A stretch of DNA of 64,000 nt from contig OX597815.1 in NCBI GenBank assembly GCA_951406725.2, positions 134,292,001 through 134,356,000 of the forward strand. The letters are read 5' to 3'. Shown here piece by piece: positions 39,601 through 51,571 of the stretch (position 1 is the first letter of the stretch; each line of letters opens with the position of its first letter). This stretch comes from Octopus vulgaris (lineage: Eukaryota). The translations under genes were made by a program, and so were the position numbers. The notes below the pieces were generated by a model. That model worked only from the letters and a program-made list of their open reading frames with translations. It had not been told where the DNA came from and did not search any database.

Positions 39601-42600
39601 GATTAGACACTGTCATACTAGCAGTGTCATTACTTTCCAATATTCTGTGCCAACATATCTAGCCATGGGGAAATACTACCTTGCTTGGAAATAAGTGGTG
39701 GTTGGTGAAAGAAAGAGCATCTGTCCAACACATGCATGCCTGAAAAAGGGGATGTTTGATGATAACAATCATGATGAAACAAGTGATTATATTATCTGCA
39801 TGACTTACTGATACATATTTTATTGACCATAAAAGTCAACCTTGGAAAGATTTCAAAACTATAAAGAGATGTATCTAAATAAGACATTTAAGCTGTTGCT
39901 CTACCATTTTTACAGCTGTGACATGCAATGCTTAAAATTATAAGAAAAATATTGATTCTCAAAACTGCAGTGTTTGTTTTTCTTAATTGCTTTACCTCAT
40001 GTTCAAGTCCACTGTATTCACCTTCTCGCTGTTCACGAATCACCACAAAATTCATATCCTTATGTCGGGTTTTGATGCCTGGCATGCTTTTAATCCAAAC
40101 GACATTGGCAAACATATCAAGTTCACGTCTGAAAGAGAGTAACGTCTAAACAGTTGTATTTTTTATACTTTTATATTACAGTTTTAATTACAAGAAAAAA
40201 TATCCCCAAAATTCTAGTTTAAATCAAGAGCAGCCAGGTTTCATGGTATGAAGTGAATCAAATTATTCTCCCCATTGACAGAGGCCAATCTATCATAATA
40301 TTCCAAGATGACCTGGTACCCCTTCTTGGAAGATAAATAAACTGAAACATTTTAGAATTAAGAGCTAGTCATAGAAATATATTAAAATGCCAACAGTGGA
40401 TTTGAACTTATAATCTGTGAGTTGGTATTATGGTGCTTGTGTGTGTGTGTCTGTGTGTTTACTTATTCCAGACTGTGTATGATTTAGTTCTTCTAGAAAA
40501 CAACTTGTGTCAGGAAAAGCTGCTACCAACCTTAACTTCATGTTTAAACTTTCCAAGACGCCGCCTTTGGCATCAGCAGGAGTTGCAATGATGCCTTTGA
40601 TGCCAACACCATTTCTTTTGAACGATTCAACAACAGTATCTAAACTTGCACTTTGACTTGGCTGTACTTCACTGGAAAAAGAACATCGGCAATAAGCATT
40701 TCATGTAATCAAAATTGTGACACTTTCAAATATATTTTGTACATCAAGATAATCATAATTCCACATACATACACACAAGCTATAGAATCCCAGGTAAACC
40801 CTAAAGGAATAGGGTCATGATTGATGGCACCCAACAGTGAAATAGTCTGAATGTTCCATGTGAATATACAACTACATTACCTAATATATCATTCACTTTT
40901 TCAAGATGGTTTGATGTGATTTAGCTGCTACATTTTGTAGGTTAAATGATTACAAAGAGGCTTTTTCATTGGTTTGTCTACATGGGCAAAACATAGCCAC
41001 CACACAATAGCAAGTATAGCTTAGTACTTAAAACAATTAACAAAAGCATGGTACATGGTACCATGCTTTTGTTAATTGTTTTAAGTTCCTATGTGAGCAG
41101 ATAAAGATGCCCTTTTGACACACCTGACACAGCAGAATATCCAGGATGTGACAGCTGAAAAGAGAGAAGACTGAAGCAACTCCTTGTTGGTACTTATTTT
41201 TGGTTAGGTAGACAAGTGAAATAAAGAGTCTTGCTCAAAGAGACAATGCACTGCCTGGTCCAAAAACAGAATCTATGACTTTATGTTCATATGTCCAACA
41301 CTCTAACCACAAGGCCTTAATCTTACTAGTGTTTTATTAGTATTGGTGACTATTGCTTTCTTAAGGGTTTAGTCAGAAGAGAAAGTGAAGCACCCATGGT
41401 TTTTTATTCAGTCTTTAATAATGGTGGGAAGAATGGAAGCAGAAGTTATCCTCTGATTGGATACCTAGTTTGAATGCTTACAGTAAAGTAGACTATGCTG
41501 AATGAATCTGGCAACATAAGTCAGTCACTCAAGAATAAGAACAGTCCCTCTGATGAGCTTCTACATAGTTTCCAAGGCTTTTTTTGACCTGAGGCTATGA
41601 CAGAAGACACTTGCTAAAGGCACCACACATTGAGATACCATACAGCCATGCCTCAAGCTTAAACAGTAACAAACCCACATTTCTTCACCTGACCAAAAAG
41701 AATGCAATTAATAAATCCAGAACTAAATAATTGTTAAAGTGAACTTCTCAGTCACACAGCAATGCCTGCACCTTAACCCTTTAGTATTTCGACTGACCAA
41801 GTGTAGCTCGAATATATTCTATCTGTTTTATGTTCAAACCTGCACCTCACATCTACTCTACAATGTCATTCTAAAAATAAACAATCCCACCATCATCATC
41901 ATTATTTAACTTCCATTTTCCATGCTGGCACTGATTGGATGGTTTGACAGGAGCTGGGCAGCTAAAAAGCTGCCTGGGTTTCATGTCTGTTTTGGCATGG
42001 TTTCTATGACTGGATGCCCTTCCTAATATGAACCACTTTACAGAGTGTACTGGGTGCTTTTACATGGTACTGGTACAAGTGCCCTTTATGTGGCACCAGC
42101 ACCCACGAGCCCACAAGATTAGGGTGGTTCAGCTGAAGAGGGATGCAGGGGACATGCCTGTATGCAATGACAATCATGATTTTACTTAGCTTGACATGTC
42201 TTCTCAAGAATAACAAACTGCCAGACTTTGCTCAAGAACACAACACAGCACCTGGTCTAGGAATTGAAACTACGATCTAGCAATTGTGAATGCAATGCCC
42301 TAACCACTAAGCCATGCATCCACACATAGTAGTAGTAGTAGTAGTAGTAATTATCATGAAGGTTAACATCAGGAGAGGTATATTCCAGGGAAATAGTCTG
42401 TCACCATTGCTGTTTGTGATTTGCATGAAACCCCTCACACAGATATTACAGAAAATCACACCTTGTAAAATGGCAGAAACTTAAATCACCTGCTATATAT
42501 GGATGACTTAAAGATCTTCTGTAAGAGTGAATATGAAATAAATGGTCTTGTTTCAACATTGCAAACATTCAGTAAGGATGGAATTTGGATTAAAATGTGT

Positions 42601-45600
42601 GGTATGTTTACCATAAAAAGAGGCAAAGTAGTGACATCTGATGATGTAGATCTACCCAACAGTAGGAGAATCAAGGATGTTGAGATGAAGAGATATAAGT
42701 ATCTGGGTATTTTAGAGTATGACAAAATCAAGGAAAGTGAGATGAAGGAAAGCCTTAGGCAAGAATATCTCAGAAGAACCAAATTAATCATGGAGAGTAG
42801 GTTCAATGGAAAGAACAAGATCAGAGCAATGAATACATAGGCTGTTTCCATAATGCAAAATGGTGCAGGTATTAGGCAGACAAAAAATGAGCTTGAGGAA
42901 TTGGATAGAAAAACCAGGTAAGTGATGACAATGAACAAGGAAGTGCACCCTAAAAGAGATATCAGTAGACTATGTGTCTAAGTACAAGGGAGTAAGAGGC
43001 CTCATAGGATGCAAGATCTGTATTGTCAAATAAGGAAAACATTCCAGGATGGTACGTCAAACAGAAGATCTTTAAGTCATCCATATATAGCAGATTGAAC
43101 CCTTGCTTGCCTCTCTTAAAAACAACAACATGGTACCTACGAAAATTGTGGTACCCAAAAACATTTAAGAAATAAGACAGAGAACAAAAATTAAACAACT
43201 GGAAAATGAGAGCAATGTATGGGCAATACTTCAGAGAAATTGAAGGAAAGACAAGGTTAACACCCGGGGATCACTAAGGAAAAATGATCTGAAAGGATGC
43301 ACTGAGACATTGGTATGTAGTGCTCAGGACCAAGTTCAGAACTAATTACACCAAGTTCCAAATAGATAAGAACAATGAATTTCCTCCTTGTAGGACATGC
43401 GGCAGCAAAAACAAAACAATCTGTGAGTGTAGTAAACTCGCCCAAAAGGAATACAAAAGAGGTATGATAAAATGGTTAAGTTTGTTCACTGAAGATAGTG
43501 TGAGAAGTATGGTCTTGAAAGAACACAGAAATAATACAAACATAAACTAGAAGGTGCCACTGAGAATAATGAATATAAAATCTTATGGGATTTCACAATT
43601 CAGTGTGACTCACTAATTAATGCTCAGAGACCAGACATTATTGTAGTGGATAAAAGGAAGAAAGAAGCCAAGATCATAGATCTTACCATACCTGGGGACA
43701 CATGCATGGGAGACAAAGTGCTGCAAAAGATGGGAAAATACAAGTTACTAAAAAACAAAATTGCAAGAATATGGGAAATGAAGAGAGTAACTGTCATCCC
43801 AGAAATTGTAGGGGGAATGGGAGCACAAATAACAGAGTTTGAGAAATATGTCGGAGAAATTAGAATTGACATGAAGGTGGAACCTGCTCAAAAAACTACT
43901 ATTCTGGGGACAGTGAAGATTTTGAGATTGGTACTTGAATGTTAAGTATTGTGGAAAGAGACCCTGTGAGACTTTTGACAATAGGTTGCTGTCCGCTCTC
44001 ACAGAATTAACCAAAGCAAGTAAAATCAAGAGCTTTGAATAGTAAAATGCAATAATAATAAACATGCATATGAGGTGGTATTGAAAATTTCCTGGACTAG
44101 TTATGTTTACTATGAAATAACTTATTTACCTAAGTTTTAACATCATCACCATTGAAATAGTCACCCTGCGCAGCAATACACTAGTCTCAGTGTTCTTGCC
44201 ACTTTTGGAATCTGGCCTAGAAGTCGTTTTCTGTAAGTGAATCGAAGACCTTCTGTGATTCACTCTTGATCTTGACAACAGTGTTAAAATGGCAACCTTT
44301 GAGCTGCATTTTCATTTTGGGGAAGAGAGGGAAGTCTGCAAGTGCTAAATCTGGCTAATAGGGTGGTTGTGGAAGCAATATGATATTGTTTTTGGTGAGA
44401 AACCCATGAGTGAAGAGAGCGTGGTGAAGAATCGAATTCTTTGTGCTCCACAGATTTGGTAACTTTCACTGAATGTTTCCCCTCAAACACTTTGAAATGT
44501 TGCAGTAGAACTCTCGATTGATAGTCTGGCCATGGGGGATGAATTCTCAATACACAATATTGCAGATGTCGAAAAAAATGATGAGCATGCTCTTGATTGA
44601 GCTGCAGCTTTGTTGTACCTTTTGAAGTGCCCATGCCACTCGAAACACTGCATATGACCCATTGCCTCGTCGCCGTAAACTTGCTGAAGCATGCTCAATG
44701 TCACTGTAGCAAAATTTACTGTTGGCTCTTTGTTCCAACTTCCTGTCCATGACAAAAATTGCAGACTACAGCATACACGTGATCACAAAAAAAAAAACAC
44801 AAGTTCCACAACTTGTGAGATAAACACAGCAATGCCACTCAGAGCACTGCCTCATGAAGGTCACTGCACATGCAACCATGTGCAGCCATTTATTGGTATG
44901 CTACAGAACTAGCCTGGGAACTTTTTGATACCACCTCATATCGAAACATTTTGAAAGATCACCATCAGGAATTTACTGATCTTGTTGATAATATTTGTTC
45001 TTAATATATACCTAATGAAAATTTCCTCAAAGTCCACTGGTACACCTGCAGCTGTAAAGACATCTTGTACACTGGTCATTAGACTGGCACCAACACCGTC
45101 TCCAGGTACCATGGTAACAACATGTTTTTTCATAGATTTGGCAACAGGTTCGTTTACCTGAAAGGAAACAAAACAGTCATTTAATCAATATATTATTATA
45201 ATTTTAACATTATTATTATTATTATTGAGTGAGAGAGCAGTTCATGCCATCAAAGTGACACTGGGGTAAAATATACGAAGCCCAATATACCCATCATGAC
45301 TACCCGTCTGATAAGGGTACACCAGGCGCATGCATCACAACCATATGTGTGTGACATGGTGTATTATTATTATTATTATTACAACAGCTTATGGTATTCA
45401 GCTATGTTCCTAGCTATGTTCTAAGTTCAGCTCCCACCCAGATCAACTTTGCATTTCTTTCTCTTGGGGGTCAATAAAATAAGTAACAGTTAAGTACCAG
45501 GATCAGTTTAATTAACTGTATCCTTCCACCACAATTTGCAGGTGTGTAAGACAGTTAGTGTCAATGGTATTATTATTATTATTATTATCATTATTATTAT

Positions 45601-48600
45601 TATTATTATACTTCCAAGGTTTTGTCTTTCATCCTTTCAGGGTCAATAAAATAAGTACCAGTCAAGTATTGGGGTTGATGTAATTGACTTGTTCCTCTCC
45701 TCAAAATCAGAAAGAATTATTATTTCAGGTCATCTTTGCTGCCTGTTACCTCCCTGATCAGGCTCGTCACCAGACTTTGGCACCTGAAGGTGCTTTAGAA
45801 TATTCTAGGTGAGTACTAATTTGTATTGTGGGAAGACTTTTGTAAACTGTATTTTCTAGATCTGAGGGTGCACCATTTCTGATAGGATATTACAACATCA
45901 TTTAACATCTGCTTTTCCATGTTTGCAAAGGCTAGAGTGAATTCACTGAAACAGATTTACTATGGTTAGATGTCCCTTCATGTTCCTGTCTCTCACTTGT
46001 TTTTAAGCAAGGAGATATTTCCCCATGACTTGGCATGTTTTCATAGAAGATTAGTGATGTTGGACACCACTTGCATGATGATGACACTTGTTTCCAAATG
46101 TCATATGATGTGAAGACAAAGAGACACAAACACATACATGACAGGATTCCTTCAGTTTCCCTCTACCAAATCCACTCACAAAGCTTTGGTTGGCCTGAAG
46201 CTATAAAAAGGCCTTGTGAGTGATGCATCAACTGTAAACAGGTACATAAATATTGTAAATACAGTAATCTCTTGACTATTGCAGGTGTTACATTCCAAAA
46301 CCTTCCACAGAAATAATTAAAATCTAAAAAAATATAAATACCTATCAGCCACAGAAACCTGCAATATACTGAGGAATCCACAACATAAATTTACATACAT
46401 TAGCCAGAAAAATCCACAATGTACTGAGTGTGCGATAGGTGAACTGCGATATGGCAAGTGATTACTGTAGTAGGTATAGTAAATGAAATAAGAAATGATT
46501 TTAAATACTTACAGACTGTTGCAACAAACCTTGACTGGTTTGAACACCACGTTTCAAGCATTTGTAATTACTCTGAAATATAGAGGGAATAAATATATAT
46601 ATATGAATAAAATATACATAAAAGAATAAATAAGAAATGAAAATTCTTACAACATTTCAAATTGAAAATTATTTGAATTTGTGAATGGAAATGCGTTGAA
46701 CTAGGATTTTAATACATCTTGTATAAAATTTGAATAACAGAAAAGAGGTTTTGTCTGTTCATTCATTTTTTTTCTTTGATATTTGTTTTTTTTTTTTTAT
46801 ATTAGCATGAGTTGGACAAAGCAGGATTTTACAGCTGGGTGCTCTTCCTGCCACTAATCCCTACTTGTTTTTCAAACAAGAGATTTCTTATTATTTCACA
46901 GTTTTTTAAAAGTATAAAACATTGGTCATTATTTCAACAACAAATCATCATTCAATGTTCATGTTCTACACAGGCATGAGTTGGATGGTATGACAGGATC
47001 TAATGGGTCCAAGAACTGCATCATGCTCCAGAAACTGTTTTGACATGGTTTCTATGACTGGATGCCCTTCCTAATATCAACCACTTTACTGCATGTACTG
47101 GGAGCTTTTTTCATGCCACTGGTACAATGAGGTCACCAAGCAGCATGCAAGACTATGAAACCTGAGAGGGAGGCAGTGGCTTTATCACCACTTCACTCAT
47201 GTTTTTGTCAAACAAGGTCATGGAATATTCATCTTCATGTACACACACACACACATTTTGAATATATACATGTAAGCCTAAACATACAAGCATATGAAAT
47301 TTACCTATTTCTCTGTAGATTGAAAAAATTATGAACAGTTTTAATTTTCAACCCTCATTGGGGTCCCATCAGAGGTGTTTACTTCACAAGAAAAGACAGA
47401 TGCAATGTAACAATCTATTTAAATAGAAATTTCCTGCAGAGGATGTATCTCTACAAGATATAATCTGCAGGTGGAAATTTATAAAGTGATTATGTAGAAA
47501 GTCCTTTATTAGTGAAGATAATCAGTTACTAGTTGTCAAAGTTGTTTAACCTCCAGATAAGTTCTGATCCAGTAGACTTCATCAAATCTTATCTGCAGGT
47601 TAAACAATTTTAATATTAATAATAATAATCCTTTCTACAATAGGCACAAAGCTTGAAATTTGAGGGAAGTGGGTAAGTCGATCACATTAACCCCAGTGCA
47701 CAATAAGTAAATTTTGGTGTGCTGAGTCGTAATAGGTGAACCGCGATATGGCAAGGGATTACTGTAGTAGCTATAGTAAATTAAATAAGAAATCCTTTTG
47801 AATACTTACAGACAGTTGCAACAAACCTTGACTGGTTTGAACACCACGTTTCAAGTATTTGCAATTACTCTGGTACTTAATTGAACTCATAAAGATGAAA
47901 GGCAAAGTCAACCTCAGCTGAATTTGGACTCAGAATGTAGCAAGGAGCGAAATAGAGCTAAGCATTTCACCCAGCAAAAATAAGCATTCCATATTTTATT
48001 TTACATGATTGTTACATATCTTCTTTTTGCAGTATTACAGCAATAATGAGTTTATTGAATACAGTGCTCGAGTACACTACAACTCATTAGAAAAGGGGAA
48101 AAGGTGATGAAAAGTAGCAATAAGTAAAGGAAAATAGCAATGATAGCAAACTGCATTGTATATAGGAAAAAAGACAGAAAAGTGAACAGTAAAAGAACCA
48201 TAAGGAAGAAAGTGTACATAAGCAAGTCAGGAGAAGTGTTGGAGAATTTTGAGCAGCATGTAATTTCTGAAGGACACACTGTCCTGACAGATAACAACTA
48301 ATGTTTTTATCTGTTTTTCCATGCTTCAATAATTCTGAACATGGAAAAAAAGTCTCTGAAAATTGTGGGTGCTGTGCTGCTTTTTAATTTTACAAGTGCA
48401 TCCACCTTTTTGAATTCAATGCCCAATAGATCAATATTCTGGACAAGATGTGTTTCCAGACTGGAGATGCAAGTGTATGAACATACCAAAGCCATATATA
48501 GCTTTAAATAAATAGTTGGTAAACAATAGAAAAAGGTTTTAGAGAGTGATACTAAGACACCTTTGACTTTTTTGACAATTTTTCACCCAGAGCAGATCAT

Positions 48601-51571
48601 TGTTAACAACAAATACCAAGGTTATGTTCACCAGCAAACTTCTTAAACTTGGTGTTGTAGAGGGTAGAGGTAAATTCTGTTTTGTTTTTGTTTCTTTTAC
48701 CACTCATCCAAAATATATAATGGTAAGTTTGTCAGCTAGCTATTGCTGCATTATGTTCAGGTCAGATTGCAGGAAAGATCAGTACTGTGTAAGATCAATT
48801 CTTTTTATCTCCTGGTACAGTCTAACGTCATCTCTACAAGATACCAGGTGGTATTGCATGTTGAAATATACATCTATTGCATCTTTAATAAAATGTTTTG
48901 TTTTTTAATCATCATCATCATCATTTAGCGTCTGCTTTCCATGCTAGCATGGGTTGGATGGTTCAACTGGGGTCTGGGAAGCCAGAAGGCTGCACCAGGC
49001 CCAGTCTGATCTGGCAATGTTTCTATGGCTGGATGCCCTTCCTAACACCAACCACTCCATGAGTGTAGTGGGTGCTTTTTACATGCCACTGATTAATTTT
49101 ATACTGAAATTATATATTGACAAGGAATGCAGAAGTTACTTTGAACATGACAGGCAATGGCAGTATTCACACACCAGTTACGTGTAATGCCATCAGTTGT
49201 TTTTCAAGGGATTGTTAGTTGTGAGCTGTTATTGTTGTTTAACTCCAAATCAGCTTTGATCCAACTGTCATGTAATCAAAGGCATTCTACACAGGATTAC
49301 TGCAGTTTTATTTTGCAGCCACCATACTCCATCATTCAAAGTGTCTCCCAAAAAATGGGAGTGACATGAGGAATACGTAGGGTAAAATGAGTAATTTCTT
49401 GATTCCTTATCTTCTCCTTACCTGTTTGTGCAACTATTACATTGCAAGTATTGCATCATCTTTAGATGTAAAAATTGATCAGCATAGCTGTTGAACAGTT
49501 CTGTATTTAAGAGATGAAGAATTATGTACATTGTTTACATTTGACAGATATTTGTCCTCATTTTGTTTGTTGTTAACACAACGTTTCGGCTGATATACCC
49601 TCCAGCCTTCATCAGGTGTCTTGGGGAAATTTCGAATCTGGGTTCTCATTCCTAAGGTATTTTTCGATGTTATTGTTATTATTATTATTATTCAGGTCAT
49701 TGCCTGAAATCGAACTCGGAATCTTGGGGTTAGTAGCCCGCACACTTAACCACTACACCATCATATGGCGTAGTAGTTAAGAGCGATCATATGGCATAGT
49801 GGTTAAGAGTACGGGCTACTAACCCCAAGATTCCGAGTTCGATTCCAGGCAGTGACCTGAATAATAATGATAATAATAACATCGAAAAATACCTTAGGAA
49901 TGAGAATCCAGGTTCAAAATTTCCCCAAAATACCTGATGTAGGCTGGAGGATATATCAGACGAAACATTGTGTTAACAACAAACAAAATGAGGACAAATA
50001 TCCTTCAAATGTAAATAATATAGTTGTTGAAGTTGGAAGTTTGAAACAGTCAGATGATGGGTACTTTTTATCCAAGAATGTTTTTTAAATTCGACTCAAT
50101 TGTAATTGAAGTTGCTGTTAAAATATCTGGATAATATTTGGTGTTTAACAATAAAAATTTTTCTCTGTTGGAATCCAAGTCAATTCTTTGCCCATACTAA
50201 TGACTAATTTGTTGAGATTCAATTTTCAAAAATTGACGCTTAAATTGGGGCAAAATGAGTAATGACTAATTTCAGTACTTTGTTTTTGTTAACGGCATGG
50301 TGTATATATATATATACATATATCAGGAAGAGCGCCAATCCATCAGATTGAGAAGAAGGTATAGAGAATATTTATTTTATGCTGAGCTTTTGGATTTTGT
50401 CAAGTTTCGTTAATTTCATATCATGTGCCATTTTTCCATGAGCCTCTTTCATTTGACCGAGATATTTAAAATTTTTGTGGCATTTCTGATCTTTCTGATA
50501 TCTAAATACAGATATTGATGTGTATGAATTACTTTGCGTTTATTGGGGTTTTTTTTTTCAAATGTAATTCTAAAGAATTGAAGAAGTAAAATTTACCCTA
50601 TCGTGTTTAACTCATTTTGCCCCAGCTAAATTAGCCTTTTTTTTAAACAAAGAGATCGGAGATAATTTCTTGAATTAGTGTTCTGAATACGTTATAGTGC
50701 TTTTAATGCATTTAGAGAAGGTAATTTGCTCAGTTGATGTAGCTTTTGTAAGGTAGCGAACATTTGTAAACAAATATCTTTTGGTCAAAATCAAAAATGC
50801 AGTAAATATATACTCATTGTGCTTCACCCTCTATTTAGACTGGGGGGGGGGGTAATCATATTTGAAACGCTTTTAAAAGATGAAATGATCACAATCGGGA
50901 TTCCTTTAAAAGACGAAATAGTCACGGTTGGAAACCTTTAGAAACACGCATGTTTTCAGGCGTCCGTACATTCTGTGCATTAGTGCGCACACAAAAACAC
51001 GGATGCGCAAAGGAATCAACCAAGTTATTTTCACTTTGGGAAATATTCTATTTCGGAGTCTCAACTATGTGATATTCCATATAAAATACTGACGGTTTAG
51101 TAATATGCATTGAAGAGAGAGACATATATACAAGACGGATGAATTAATCATACGTATGTCCATTCACAGCTGACCTAGTGTTAAATAACAAATACATTTC
51201 CACGGCGGGCGATTGATAGTAAAATATAGTTTCTAATTCCATAGAATTGTACAGCCTTTCGATTAGCAAATTTCATTTCTTAATGAAATGTCATTCTGAT
51301 TCGGCATATGACAATTTAATTTGAAGATTGCGAGAGAAAGAAAATGCGAAAGTCCAAAATAAAGGTTGGGAGTAAAGGTTAATAGATTTGGTGAAGATTA
51401 CAGCGATCTAACATAAGCCAATACGTATTATCCACAGTATGATATGAATTAAGATAAGATAAACCAAAGAGGGGAAAAAACCCCAGAAGAATTGTTTAAT
51501 ATACTTACTGAGTAACGTTGAGCTCCTTTAATAAGACCAGACCGAAATGACGATATAACAAGGGACGCCAT
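29251..51571 (-). CDS. IDH3B: NAD-dependent isocitrate dehydrogenase subunit beta, mitochondrial, complete gene; complement(join(29251-29328,30212-30367,32780-32926,34041-34143,37049-37182,39996-40128,40531-40671,45012-45157,46513-46572,51509-51571)), 386 aa
   Basis: Ten GT/AG exons join in phase (1161 nt). Motifs: [10 protein letters not shown], [14 protein letters not shown] (the Q is typical of the beta subunit), [86 protein letters not shown]. The N-terminus is Arg/Ser-rich like a mitochondrial presequence. Confidence 0.95.
30212..30367 (-). CDS. IDH3B: IDH3B exon 9
   Basis: [52 protein letters not shown]. Confidence 0.96.
30632..31050 (-). mobile_element. CR1-type LINE 3' end
   Basis: [21 protein letters not shown]...RVAEAWN motif; (AAT)n tail. 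Confidence 0.8.
32425..32619. mobile_element. Tc1/mariner-pogo-type MITE
   Basis: TIR CTGTATTTGATGGCATA; TA TSD. Confidence 0.8.
32780..32926 (-). CDS. IDH3B: IDH3B exon 8
   Basis: [49 protein letters not shown]. Confidence 0.96.
33490..33970. repeat. Palindromic (MITE-like) element interrupted by a SINE fragment
   Basis: GGTCAATCAATCAATCAG...CATCAATAACATGC / GCATGTCATTGATG...CTGATTGATTGATTGACC inverted arms. Confidence 0.65.
34041..34143 (-). CDS. IDH3B: IDH3B exon 7
   Basis: [34 protein letters not shown]. Confidence 0.96.
35170..35630 (+). mobile_element. Degenerate RTE LINE 3' fragment
   Basis: [24 protein letters not shown]...W...A.D...W. Confidence 0.65.
37049..37182 (-). CDS. IDH3B: IDH3B exon 6
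   Basis: [44 protein letters not shown]. Confidence 0.96.
38175..38930 (+). mobile_element. Deleted Tc1/mariner (maT/DD37D-like) element
   Basis: TA-CAGGGTG start; [19 protein letters not shown] and RLEAVIE..GDFIE remnants. Confidence 0.75.
39996..40128 (-). CDS. IDH3B: IDH3B exon 5
   Basis: [22 protein letters not shown]...[14 protein letters not shown]. Confidence 0.96.
40531..40671 (-). CDS. IDH3B: IDH3B exon 4
   Basis: [31 protein letters not shown]...SLNMKL; AG/GT flanks. Confidence 0.95.
42355..44060 (+). mobile_element. R4/Dong-clade non-LTR retrotransposon relic (RT plus restriction-like endonuclease)
   Basis: [29 protein letters not shown], CxxC zinc knuckle, [27 protein letters not shown]; flanked by (TAG)n and (AAT)n. 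Confidence 0.9.
44071..44938 (-). mobile_element. Internally deleted mariner
   Basis: TIR TGAGGTGGTATTGAAAA / TTTTTGATACCACCTCA with TA TSD; [13 protein letters not shown] and [11 protein letters not shown] remnants. Confidence 0.9.
45012..45157 (-). CDS. IDH3B: IDH3B exon 3
   Basis: [23 protein letters not shown]...VDFEEIFI; AG/GT flanks. Confidence 0.95.
46262..46467. mobile_element. Tigger/pogo-like MITE
   Basis: CAGTAATC...GATTACTG termini; TA TSD. Confidence 0.75.
46513..46572 (-). CDS. IDH3B: IDH3B exon 2
   Basis: tatttcag|[20 protein letters not shown]|gtaagt; 60 nt, phase 0/0. Confidence 0.8.
47810..47869 (-). other. Duplicated copy of IDH3B exon 2 (pseudo-exon or alternative exon) in intron 1
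   Basis: 57/60 nt identical to 46513-46572; CAG acceptor and GTAAGT donor retained. Confidence 0.85.
49496..50019. mobile_element. Palindromic tRNA-headed retroelement carrying a hammerhead ribozyme
   Basis: ~230-bp inverted arms; back-to-back tRNA-like heads with A and B boxes; CTGATGA...GAAAC core; 12-bp TSD ATAG(C/T)TGTTGAA at 49484 and 50020. Confidence 0.8.
49575..49620 (-). ncRNA. Minimal type I hammerhead ribozyme
   Basis: GACAC-CTGATGA-A-GGCTG(10 nt)CAGCC-GAAAC-GTT-GTGTT. Confidence 0.7.
51509..51571 (-). CDS. IDH3B: IDH3B exon 1
   Basis: [21 protein letters not shown]|gtaagt; presequence-like, in a CpG-richer region. Confidence 0.85.

Noticed and set aside
49929-49974. Active hammerhead in the right arm of the palindromic element
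   Set aside because: The core reads CTGATGT, stem II is mismatched and stem III is altered (GAAACATT).
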